From Lepidodermella squamata (Eukaryota > Animalia > Gastrotricha): 64,000 bases of DNA. The stretch is from contig JBLDXI010000054.1 of NCBI GenBank assembly GCA_047495785.1, positions 186,001 to 250,000 of the forward strand, read 5' to 3'. Shown piece by piece: positions 26,044-37,317 of the stretch. The notes beneath the pieces were generated by a model that saw only the letters and a list, made by a program, of their open reading frames with translations, ran no database searches and was not told where the DNA came from. Position 1 is the stretch's first letter, and each line of letters starts with the position of its first letter. The position numbers were made by a program, and so were the translations under genes.

Positions 26044-27964
26044 ATGATTCCTGCTGTTGATGAGCTGGCTGTGAAGGTCCTGCAAAAGGGCGAGGAATTA
26101 CCTGACGCTGTTTTGAGACGCAGCTGTACCGGATGGACGTATAAGGAATTGAATGTACTTCGAAAGGTCTGACGCCTAGTTTCATGAAGCTAAATTCAGG
26201 ATATTATTGTCATGAAATTGTAGACGTTTTCAGCCAACACCAGACCTAGCCGTGAAGAAATTCACAAATTGGCGCTGCTGCTCAATAGATCCGATTCGTC
26301 TATCAGCAACTGGTTCAGCACAGAACGGGCTAAGCGAGGCATAAAATTTAAACAGTACATCACCGAGGCAAAACGCGCACTGCTAGACAAGGTAACACGA
26401 TATGATAGTCATTCGTTGTATTCGAAGTCCAAGTGTGTATAGGCATTCGAGCGAACTGAAAACATGTTCGCTAATGACAGAGCTAGAGCGCGAGCTTTAG
26501 CGAAAGAAGTTGGATTGACCCAGGTTACAGTCGAGGTGTACTTGTGTCAAAAAAGGCAGATTGCTCGAGGTAATGTGGGACCAAGAAAGAATCCACTCTC
26601 AGAGAAAGAACTTCAACAACTGCGAGAGGCACGTTCATATTGTTATGCTTTCTATTTATATGACTATTTTCTGCCTGTGATGCGTCCAGGTTTTGGATCG
26701 CTTCAATTACCCATCGAAGCAGCTTCGAGAGAACTTGGCCGCGGAGTTCAACCGCCCTCAGGCTTGCATTGATCTTTGGTTCGTGAGAGAGCGAATCAAA
26801 TTGGGACGAAATGACAGAAATAAACGTTACTACAACCTTTCAGCTGAGCAGGAAAAATGTCTTGAAGAGGTTAATATCATCTTCGAAATATTCATCTATC
26901 TAAATCTTGTGATAAAGGAATTGTCGAAATGCTCCAAAATGTCACTAGGACGAGCAGAAGAGTTGTCTATTAAAACTGGCATACCGGAATCTGCTATCCG
27001 CAGATATTTCTATATTCACAAGCCCCGCCCAGATCCGCCCAACTTCGACGAGCTCTCTGGCCAGTTGCCATGCTTCCCAGTAAATATCATGCACCTTGCG
27101 TTACCAACAACACCGCCAGATAAGCTCCTAATTCTCGAAGAGGAGTATCAGAAAGATCCTCATCTGCCGTTCGAAGTGAACGACCCGAGATCGATGGAAA
27201 TTTCGCGGAAAATCGGAACAGGCTCCGAGTACGTGAAAACTTGGTTCCGTTTCCGTCACAGAGCTGAAACAGGAACTCGCTGCCGCGTGAATCCTGCTAA
27301 GGCCTGGTCTCCGTCTCAGCTGGAAATTCTCAAACAGGTTAGCTGATTTACTTTTTTCAAATTATACCCAATTGATTTCTCGCAGGAATTGGCTGCAAGC
27401 CCCAGCTTGCCTCCTAAAAGGGCGCACGATATTGCTGAACGCATCGGTGTTCGAGTTTCCCGAGTACAGTATTGGTTCGGAAAAAACCGCCAAAGAGTTA
27501 GAGCGAAATTCGTCAAGTTATCTCCGGAACAGCTACAATTTTTAGCCGATGTAAGCTGCCATCCGTTAGTTCTGCTGCCCTGAATTTCCATTTTTTGTCT
27601 CGTAGGAAGCGAGGAAATCGCCACGCCTAGACAAAGCTAGGACGTTGGAGTTGGCTAAGAAGTTGGGCATTTCTACGAATTCAGTTGATCACCATTTTTA
27701 CAAGTTAAGACCACCGGGCACGAAGCATCAAACGCAGTTAAAAATCGACGGGAAGTTGCTTGAAACTCTGAAAGAGGTATTTTTCCATTAAGGTCTTGCT
27801 CATTTTCATGAAGATGTTCTTCGCAGGAATTTCGTAAAAGTGGCAGCGAAATGCGAGTCCGTAAGTGGCGCGCGAAGGAAATAGCGGCTGAATATTCAAG
27901 GAACGTGGATACGATTTGCGGGTGGTTTGCTAGGGCTAGACAACAAGCTCTGATGACAACATGA
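26044..27964 (+). CDS. Multi-homeodomain gene H4 (8 tandem divergent homeodomains, 8 exons, intact)
   Basis: Spliced ORF is open. Helix-3 motifs are ISNWF, VEVYL, IDLWF, IRRYF, VKTWF, VQYWF, VDHHF, ICGWF. Seven phase-0 introns lie at the same helix-1 position. Confidence 0.8.
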
Positions 27965-28015
27965 CAAAAATGCATTCGAAATTTTATATATCCCTGTGAT
28001 CCTCTCTTTTTGTAG

Positions 28016-29717
28016 ATGGAAAATTCCGTAAGTTGTGGATTTTCATTGAAAGCGATTGAGGCGGATTCAAAGGCTACCAGCCTGATATATAGGCATCATC
28101 CCGGCAGTTTCACCTATGAAGAAGTCTTGGCGATGCGTGAGGTGACTAAATTTCCACTGTTACTTCTTCAATGTTGGCTCAGGTGTTTCAGAAGAATCCA
28201 AGACCTAGTCGAGAGGTGATGCGAGACTTGGCTCTGCGATTTTCGAGATCGGAAAAATCGTTCGCCTCGTGGTTCAGTAAGGAAAGGGGGAGGCATGGCA
28301 TTGTCACTAGAAGCCCACTAACCGAATCGAAACGAATTATTCTGGATAAGGTTTTGTTTCACAAAATTTTTCCATTCCATTAATTGAAGTATTTGCTGAA
28401 GGCATTCGAGAGCCTTGCTTTTCTTGACGGAAAAGCTACGAAAGATTTGACTATGAAAACCGGTCTTAGCCAACAGACCATTCGCATTTACTATCGAAGG
28501 AAGTCAGGCATCGCTAAAGGCAACATCGGACCCAGTAAGAATCGGTTTTCACCCGAAGAATTGAATGAGTTGAGAAACGCAAGTTGTATTACGTTTCGTT
28601 CTAAATTCTGATTTCGGTCTCCAGGTTTTCATTGAAAGCAACTATCCTTCGAAAGCACTGATAAAGGAGTTGAGTGAGAGGCTGAATAGGTCACAGTCCA
28701 GTATCACTTTTTGGTTCGCTAGTGAGAGACTGTGGCTTGAACGAAAGAACTTGCGGGAACGATTCGAACTTTCCACATGCCAAGAAAAATTCCTGAAAGA
28801 TGTAAAACCTCCTTACGTGTGTTCATAGTTAGTGTACATCTGGACCTTGCAGGAGCTGATGAGAAATCCTGTGCTACCCCAAATGAGAGTTGAACTTTTG
28901 GAGGCGGAGAGCGGAATCCCTCAAAAAGCCATCAGGAAGTACTTTTGTACAAATCGCCCCCAAAAGGACCCGGAAAAGTTTGAGATCGGAGATCTGAGAT
29001 CGGAAACGGGAGCTAAAATGAGGCCGAACCCTGAAAAAGCTCTCTTGGGTTCTCAAATCGAATCTTTGCAAAAGGTTTGTTTCAGCTTGTTTCAGTCAGT
29101 CAAAATAATCGATGTTGTCGCGTTTAGGAACTGGCTTTGAACGCTCATTTGAGGAAAAGTAGAGCCGAAGAAATAGCCCAACGACTTGGTCTCACAGTTA
29201 GCCGAGTTAGCCATTGGTTTGGCAAAAATCGCCCCCATAGACTCCGTGCCAATCGAGTCAAATTGACAGAGGAACAGGCCAAAGTTCTGTCAGAGGTTGG
29301 CCGTGATTTCAATTTTCCTCATCGAATTAATTCAGATTTCACAGGAAGCAGCGAAATTCATTAATCTTGACAGCGCCAAGCGAAAGGAATTGATGGAACG
29401 ACTCGGCCTATCCGATAATGTTATCGAGTACAACTTCTTCAAGTTACGGCCGAAAGAAGTGAAAGTCGCTATGAACAAAAAGATCGAAGGGGAGTTGCTC
29501 ACCGTTTTGCAAGAGGTAACTAGGAGTTGTTGATTCTTCGATTCTCCCATTCAACCACTTATTCCAGGAGTTGCGAAATTGGGGACCTGGAAAGAAGGTA
29601 CCCAGCAGCCGGTGTTATGAAATTGCTGAGAAGTACACCGTGAACGCTCAAACGATACAATGCTGGTTCGCGAGGACTCAAAAGCTGCGTCTAGTGAAGC
29701 AAGAAGCCATCAAGTAA
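28016..29717 (+). CDS. Multi-homeodomain gene H5 (7 homeodomains; fifth deleted in frame)
   Basis: Spliced ORF is open and closest to H2. The HD5 segment is replaced by gagatcggagatctgagatcgg at ~28982-29003. Confidence 0.78.
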
Positions 29718-29855
29718 CCGCAAGTCTCTGACTTATTTATCCCAGAATGCAAGTTCGAATAAAAAAAAATGACCTCTAGATAAGGATTTGAGCGATAAGC
29801 CCATGTTTTGCTGTGTTAGCAGTGTAATTCAGACCTATGTGGGCATTAATAAAAC

Positions 29856-30903
29856 ATGAAGCTTAGTCTCACGGTTTTACTTGGCATTTTCGGAGTTGTC
29901 TCAGCCTTGAATAATCCCGACTGCGGCCGGGTAAAGGTTCCGCTCTCTAGGATCATAAATGGAGCTAAGGCTGAGAAGGGTCAGTTCCCTTGGATGGCTC
30001 AACTGAATGGCGGGTGTGGCGGGTCGATCTTGGACGATCAGTGGATCCTGACTGCAGCTCACTGTGAAAAGTAAACTATTGAAACAATGAATTCTTGATT
30101 TGTTCTAATAACAATTTTCAGCAATGCCCATCTAGTTTCGGTTGGATCTAACGCTGGAAATGGTCTTTACGACCCAGAGCAGAAGTCTTATACTGTTAAG
30201 AAGTTCATCCCGCATCCGAAACACAGTTCAGCATCAGGGACTATGAACTACGACATCGCTTTGATCAAAATCAATGACAAAGTGAGAGGTTCAAATTTGT
30301 CAATGAGCTGTTAAAAGTCATTTGCTGTAGATGAACTTTTCGTCGCCATACGTTAACCGAGTTTGCATTCCAACATCTGGCGATTACGTGACCGATAACA
30401 AGCAGCTAACTGTATCAGGCTGGGGAAAAACATCTCCTGGAGGGAGTGAGCTAAACAAATCAAAACTTCTGATTTTCAAGAAGATTATTTATTTCACAGA
30501 AAAGGGAAGTAGTGAATTGATGTTTACGAAGCTGGTTGGCGAGACGAATGCTGTCTGTTCTGGATCATGGGTACAGTAAGAGCTTTTCTCAATCCGCCTT
30601 GAGTTTATGTCAAATTTGGCCTAGGGTGGAATTTTCACACCGGAAATAATGCTCTGCGCCTCTGGAAATCGAACTTCACCTTGCGTAGGAGACTCCGGTA
30701 TTAGTCTTTCATCTTTTATGAGAAGTTAATACACATGATGTATTCTAGGTGGACCTTTGAGTTTGGCCGATGGTAAAGGACAAGTCATTCAAGTTGGCTT
30801 GGTGTCTTTCGGAGAAGCTCTTTGTGATGGGCCTCGCCCTTCAGTTTTCACACGTGTCGGGGCGCTCTATGATTGGATCAAGACGACTATTTCTAGCAAT
30901 TGA
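29856..30903 (+). CDS. Secreted S1A serine protease, chymotrypsin-type pocket
   Basis: Signal peptide, activation site R|IING, TAAHC, DIAL and GDSGGP across short introns. Ser rather than Asp at the S1 position (TSPCVGDSG). Confidence 0.9.
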
Positions 30904-31145
30904 CCTTAATTCCGCTAAACTTGTGAATAACTCCTATAAAATCATATATTGGAGTACAAATTAATGTTAATAAATCATGTGATGCAAGAATTCTCGCTCC
31001 TAGTCATTCTGTTTACTTTCTACCTTTCACCTCCAGCATCACTAAATTCTTTGAAATCGGACTAGTTGATAGGGACTGCGATCAAACAGGAACGAGCATC
31101 GTGTACATTCCATTTATTTTATGTCTAAACTTAAATCATATTAAA

Positions 31146-33452
31146 TCATGAAGATTTGAGTTGATTGATTTGATTTGAAGGTCCACGTGAATGAGCGGTC
31201 GACTTGATGGTGGAAACCGGAGCGTTGCGCTCGCCGAATTCCCCTGCCATCCATAAGGAACAAATGAGCACAGTCAACGAGACAGCAAGCGTCGCAACAG
31301 CGATTTGCTGCTCAACAGGACGCTGGTCCAGAATAATGTAAATCAAAACCCCAGCCGCTTCAATGCCCAGCGCGAATGCTACTTCAAACTGCAATAGTTG
31401 CGATGATTTTTTCGCTGAATTAGCCCTGGAAGCTTGGCGCAAATGAATGGCCCAGTTTGCTGCCTGAAGCAATGGCAGCAGTTGAATGGCTATTAAACTC
31501 AAAACCCAACCGAGGCGATTCCCAGCCACCGAGCTGCATGTCTCGCTCAATGTTACATCTAAAACATCAGATTCAAAGTTGTAAGACTCGCTAATAACTG
31601 ACAATCCACATTTTGAGGGATCTGCGACTTGCCACGCTGTGAAAACTGCAATATCCACGACGAGAATCGAAAGAAAGCGGAAGGTCGAGCTTCCAGCCCT
31701 TTGCTTCAATGATTGATATCTCATTTTCAATGTCGGTTTCCCTCTCCTGGTTTTGAGCTTTGCTTTTAGGGAATTATAGAAAAATACGCCAGTTCTCATT
31801 ACAATACTGCAGTGGATAAGAGTAACTCCGAAAAACATAAGGCTATGCTTAAGGTTCAGATGAATAACAGATGGCATTACGTCATTTCTGACATAAAACA
31901 TCGCACACATTTGCAGGACGATACATCCGGATAGGCCGACGAATATCGGCAAAGGATCGCTTACCAGTTTAATTCGATTCAAGTAAGATGCAACACGGTA
32001 GATTGTTAGAACCATAGCGAACCCTGCATAGAAAATTATGGCCAAGCTTTGGCCAAGACTAGGCCTAGCTATTCTCGATAGATTCAGCCGAGAATCTCGA
32101 GGAGGTTTGCCATCTCCAGTTTTCCAAATCGATGGGCCTAATTGCCTGATTTTCGCTAGGCTTTGATTGCCCTCCGAATTGTCAATCACGTAAACCCGTT
32201 GGAACCTTGTTTCCCGCGTCCAATAAGTTAGAAACACAGGAATCCCTGACAAAATGCCATTTTCATCGTAATGAAGGCGGGAAACTCTCAGCCCGTTGTA
32301 ATCAACCCCTCTCGCAGCATCGTTGACAATTTTCGAAATGTCCCCCGGCTCTGCGGTGTATCGATTCAAGGACGAGTTAATTAGGCGTAATCGCCGCTCA
32401 GCCGCGTCGAGAGTCACGACAGACTGCACAACGGCGTCGTGGCATATGTACCGGAGCTCGTAGAAAGGTCCCCGCGACTTGTTAGTGAAAAGGTCAAAAT
32501 CCAAATCGAATTGTTGCCTGTTATAACCAAATGTCGAATTACGTCCTGGGTCAATATTTTCGTCGAGATTCGTCAGCCAAACCATGTATTTCAGCTGTTC
32601 GATCACCATGTCCCGATTACACCCAGGCGGGAAGACTAACAATGGGGTAGTCAGCGGGTCTAAAATAGCGCCATAGGTCGTGAATAGGTACCTACCCCCT
32701 GTCATTCTTATCATATAGGAATAACATAGGAAATGAGTCATTAGAAACGGATTTGATAGTAGAATAAAGACGATTCGAACATCGGCGGCTTTAAGAGATT
32801 TTACTACGTCAAAATCGAAGCGTCTCATCGCATCGAACCATACTACACTGATTCCTTCGAGGTGAGCTCGTTTTCGGAACAGGTCAGCCTCAGTCGCGAA
32901 TTTGAACATCTCGTAATCTGTGATAATCCCGATTCGCGACCACTTTCCGACTTCTTTGATGAACTTCAGATAAGCCCAATGGCGAGCTTCAGTTGCTTCC
33001 ATCATCTGATAGACATTCGGGAATCGAATTTTGTCATTCAGGTAGTCTGCGGGGCATCCCATTGAAATCACGGTGAAATTCATGTTATGAGCCATGAGGC
33101 CCAGCGCTTTGCAGCCATCGTCATTGAAAGGTCCGATAACAATAGGGGCTGGAATAAGCCAGGGTCTTCCCTCCATGAAGTTTGTGTAGTTGAAAAAGGC
33201 GCTTGTTTCAGGCCGAGTAGCCGCAGAATGCGTGTCTCCGAATTCGAGCTTGATTTTGAAATCGGGCAGAAATTCCCGCTGACTATTCGCGTTTTTCTCA
33301 GCGATTTGAGCCGCTTGCATGCATTCTCGCATCACCGTGTTCTCAGGGTTTTTCGGCCATTGAAAATTCATCAAAATATGCAGCGTTCCATTTTTTTCAG
33401 CTGCCGAGAAGCTGATAGAGAACAAAATCAGAAAAGAAACTCGTATGAGCAT
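31146..33452 (-). CDS. Intronless divergent class C GPCR, GABA-B-type architecture
   Basis: Signal peptide, Venus-flytrap-like ectodomain (IVIGP...C, YLNDKIRFPN, WSRIGII, ADVRIVF), W..GDGKPPRD linker with no Cys-rich domain, then ~7 hydrophobic segments. Confidence 0.8.
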   Translation of the reverse strand: MLIRVSFLILFSISFSAAEKNGTLHILMNFQWPKNPENTVMRECMQAAQIAEKNANSQREFLPDFKIKLEFGDTHSAATRPETSAFFNYTNFMEGRPWLIPAPIVIGPFNDDGCKALGLMAHNMNFTVISMGCPADYLNDKIRFPNVYQMMEATEARHWAYLKFIKEVGKWSRIGIITDYEMFKFATEADLFRKRAHLEGISVVWFDAMRRFDFDVVKSLKAADVRIVFILLSNPFLMTHFLCYSYMIRMTGGRYLFTTYGAILDPLTTPLLVFPPGCNRDMVIEQLKYMVWLTNLDENIDPGRNSTFGYNRQQFDLDFDLFTNKSRGPFYELRYICHDAVVQSVVTLDAAERRLRLINSSLNRYTAEPGDISKIVNDAARGVDYNGLRVSRLHYDENGILSGIPVFLTYWTRETRFQRVYVIDNSEGNQSLAKIRQLGPSIWKTGDGKPPRDSRLNLSRIARPSLGQSLAIIFYAGFAMVLTIYRVASYLNRIKLVSDPLPIFVGLSGCIVLQMCAMFYVRNDVMPSVIHLNLKHSLMFFGVTLIHCSIVMRTGVFFYNSLKAKLKTRRGKPTLKMRYQSLKQRAGSSTFRFLSILVVDIAVFTAWQVADPSKCGLSVISESYNFESDVLDVTLSETCSSVAGNRLGWVLSLIAIQLLPLLQAANWAIHLRQASRANSAKKSSQLLQFEVAFALGIEAAGVLIYIILDQRPVEQQIAVATLAVSLTVLICSLWMAGEFGERNAPVSTIKSTAHSRGPSNQINQLKSS

Positions 33453-34582
33453 AGCATTTACTTCGAAATTGAGTAGACGTGAAATAAAACTCAATACTAA
33501 TGAGTGATGAATTTACACAACACAGAAATCAGTACCAACTATTAAACGCACTATCATTTAATTGGCTAGACGAAATTACTCGAAGTGGTATGACTTCAAA
33601 GGAAAAAGACTGAAAGAAATATATTGAGAGGACATAATATAGAGAAAAAACAAGCAATTTCACACGCACACAACGCACTAATCAGTGAAGATATGTCTGA
33701 TATCGTAATTGGAGGAAATTAAAACTACGATATCTCTGCTCGGACGAACCGCGAAATCGCCATCAGCTTCTGTTTTTAGGCTATTACTCTCATGAAATGT
33801 TATCCAAATTGAAATCCTCCTTAAATCGCCCCAGATGATTCACAGTTGATCATAGACTTGCCAATCTGGGCCCTTCGGAGCAAAAATTTGTGTTCGAAAC
33901 TAACTCCTAGTTCAAGACTCCTATAAAATTGAAACATGAGAATCACTATAGAATCCTTGAACTAGGGGGTAGTTTCGAATATTCAACTGGATGAAGCTCC
34001 ACTAAACGAACTGCACAGTAACTTTTAAAAAAGACTGAAAAAGGCTCATTGGGGTCACATCCAGTTGAATCCGGCATTGGAACCCGTTCCCAGCCTAAGC
34101 TTGGAAGGGCTCTACAATGCAGTGCCATCAGCCGAAGTGGTATACTCAGGACGAAGATTGAATCGACAGAGAAAAGGCGTAAGCATAGTCGGATCTGGGA
34201 TTCGTTCTGGCTTCAATCAAATCCCGTTTTTCCATTCTATAAAATCTTATGAGCTATTTATGCTCAATTTTCTTAGTTGCAGTATGCAAATAGCATCAAT
34301 TTACCAATGTCAACCATTCAATCTGAAGTTCGGAAATCATAAAATGAGAATGGATTGCATAATTCCGCGCCACTTTTCTAGGCGCTTTCGCGATACCGAA
34401 AACAAACCCCATTCACAAGTCTTCACAATGAAGCATGAATCAGTTGTGAAGCTCACTCAGCTCAGCCTAATCCTACGTTGGATTATATTTCCTTTTTCGC
34501 CCCCTCTCGAGGCGCAGGCCACGCATAACAAGAGATACGCCAACTATACAACACAACGCCATTCATTTCACCACCCACAAAA

Positions 34583-35329
34583 ATGCAACAACGTTATTAT
34601 TTCATCACCATATTGGCTGCTGTAGCAATCATCGAGCTATGCTCCGTGGTATACGCCGCTCGCAGCTACGGCGACTCCTGCGTACCAAACCTCGCCTCAG
34701 AATGCACCTCGCCCCTATCCTGCATCGACCGCTACTGCCAATGCCCTGGCTCTAGCCCGTTCTACCAGGGCAACGGATCCTGCGCATCAGTCGCGACAAA
34801 CTGCTCAGCCTGCCTGATCCGCGGATCGGCCTGCTCAGTTTCAACAAGTTGCGAAGGCACGCTGCAATGCATCAACAGCAGTTGCGTCTGCCCACAAACG
34901 GCCCCGTACTACGCCGGGTTCGGTTACTGCTCAGATGTCGACATGATGGCCTGTTACAAATGCAGGACCTACCTACAGGGCTGTCTAAATGACGGAAATT
35001 GCGCCGGTTCAATGTCCTGCATCAACCTACGCTGCAACTGCACATCGCCCGGTGTCTATGTTGGGTCCAACATGTGCTCGTACAATATCACGTGTAACAA
35101 ATGCCGGCAAAACGGCGAATCCTGCTCGACGACAGACAACTGCATTGGCGGAACGGCTTGTAACATAATTTCCAAGCAATGCTCGTTGGGCAATCGGTTA
35201 TCGAACCCGGATATTAGTGGATTTCTCATGTTGGCTGTTGTGATTTCACTTGGATTTCACATCCCGTCAACCCGGGCGAGGTATTTGCTTAGGAGATGTG
35301 TTTTGATGATTGTTTCTGCTACAACATGA
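34583..35329 (+). CDS. Cys-rich repeat (EB/EGF-like) secreted or membrane-anchored protein
   Basis: Signal peptide, four repeats of the pattern G.SC...C...L.CI...C.C, hydrophobic C-terminal segment. Confidence 0.75.
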   Translation: MQQRYYFITILAAVAIIELCSVVYAARSYGDSCVPNLASECTSPLSCIDRYCQCPGSSPFYQGNGSCASVATNCSACLIRGSACSVSTSCEGTLQCINSSCVCPQTAPYYAGFGYCSDVDMMACYKCRTYLQGCLNDGNCAGSMSCINLRCNCTSPGVYVGSNMCSYNITCNKCRQNGESCSTTDNCIGGTACNIISKQCSLGNRLSNPDISGFLMLAVVISLGFHIPSTRARYLLRRCVLMIVSATT

Positions 35330-35738
35330 TTAAACGTATACGACCTTTTGTATGGCTGAATAAATCTGTGCGGTTTTTTTCGCTGTCTCTTTTTTGGCTC
35401 AGGTGTTATGCGGGCTTTGATATGTACGGTTTCTTTGCTCAGTGCAAACAAACCTTTTCAGTGGCGTACTACTGATATAAGGTTACTCAAGACAACGAAG
35501 CATCTTGAACTGGAATATTCTTGCCATACCAGCTTGTAGTGAGGCCCTTTTTCTAATCGATGGTCACTTGCGGTGATGTTCAAACCCTGATTTTCGATTG
35601 GCGGTCGTAAAAAGTCTGCTGTTATCTCGTGCAATTTTAACTGGGGCATTTGGCCATAATTTTGCACTAGTTTTCATGTTCTTAAAAATCTGTGGGGTTT
35701 ACCACTTGGGACTTCTACATAGAAAAATGTAGACCAGT

Positions 35739-35901
35739 GGGTAGAAATGCGTAAGAAAGCGTGAAAAAAGTGAAATAAAAAAGTTCAACGCGCACTCTAA
35801 TTTTGCGTCGTGTTGAAGATAGCACATGCACACACATTTTCTTGAGTGCATGTAAAAACTTGTATCTAAATTTCTTCACGCTTTCTTACGCACTTCTGCC
35901 C
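35739..35901. repeat. Small MITE-like inverted repeat
   Basis: gggtagaaatgcgtaagaaagcgtgaa ... ttcacgctttcttacgcacttctgccc. Confidence 0.6.
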
Positions 35902-37317
35902 TCCGATTGCGCAACCGGCGCATCGGGGCCAGTCTGCGATGCGTCCGTAAATGAGTCATAGGTTCTAACATTCTAACACTGAATCTTTCTTGCTATGGTC
36001 CCATTACGTGGGCAAATTTTTCACTTAATTCTTTGAATAATTAAAGCTTCCACCAATTAGGAATATATCGCCTTTCAAATATATTCATATATTTCTGAAA
36101 AAAAGAAGTTACTTCTTCCAAAACTGCTAAATCCTAAATCCCTGATTTAACAGAAGAATAATCAGTTTTTTCCCCATGTCTACGTAATATATTACGCGGC
36201 ATTACAGCCCTTATAAGATTGTTCATTTGCCGGTAAACGCCGTGAATTAGGCCTGTTTATTTTGCCAATACCAAAGCCTAGTATCTACATGAACAATAAT
36301 ATTATGGCGCGGTTTTTTACCAGGATTTTTCCTAACAAATTGGGAAATCCGCTCCGAAAAAAGTGATGTTCAAATACCAAAGGGTTCCAGCTCCTTTAAA
36401 TAAATAGAGTTGCCACTTCTAATATTCCCAGTTTAAGAGCAAGCTTATCTAACAAATCCATAATCATTCTTCCTAATTTTTCTGATTTTCAAGAAAACCC
36501 GGCGCCAATATTTCATATTTTATCATATTTTATGGAATTTTTTAATTTTGTTCAATATCTTAGCTGCTAATTTGCTTACAACTTATTTTGATTTTTGTAT
36601 CGCTTAGTAAAAATTGATAAATAGGGATCGGTTATTGAGAGCGCAGTAAGCGAAATAGGTTCGTTAATTAAACATTTACCAAAATTTACCTCGATAGCCC
36701 TTTTTTTCTTTTAAAAATTGGAAAAATATATAATCGGAAAACTCGCAATATAATTTTGTTTATCGAAAATTTCAGGTAAAAGCGAGATATGAAATCCATC
36801 TATCAAACACGACAAATAACGTAATCGCGTTTCTTTCGCATAAAGCTGTGCCACTCATGCATGCCAAATTTCTTCATATTATCAGCGATAAGCAGGTGAG
36901 CGAGCAACTCGTGGCGAAATTTCTTAAGAAAAACAGCAGAAATTCAACATTGTTTTTTTCAGCTCTCAGCTTTCATCCATACGTGACAAGTTTCTAATGA
37001 GGTAGGTCAAAAAAACCGCATGTATTTTTACACGCGGCAATGGCGAAAAAAATCCTACAAAAACCTGCTGTCCACTCGTTAGAAGTAATGACAAGAGCGA
37101 GAAGCACGTGTGGCGTATTCGTATAATTTTATAACAGAAAATTATCAAGGCAAAAAGGAGAAAGCTATATAGGATTGCGCTATTCAAGCCACGCCGTTCA
37201 TCGCGGAATTAGTTTTTATTCAAAACTTGATTGACCTATGCACAGAGACATTTTTTGAAGATGCGCCAATTTTCTCGGCTTGTCCATTATTTATTACTTT
37301 ATTACTGTTTTAGAAAA

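Noticed and set aside
34065-34625. 186-aa ORF
   Set aside because: Non-ATG start, no recognisable motif, overlaps the upstream region of the Cys-rich gene.
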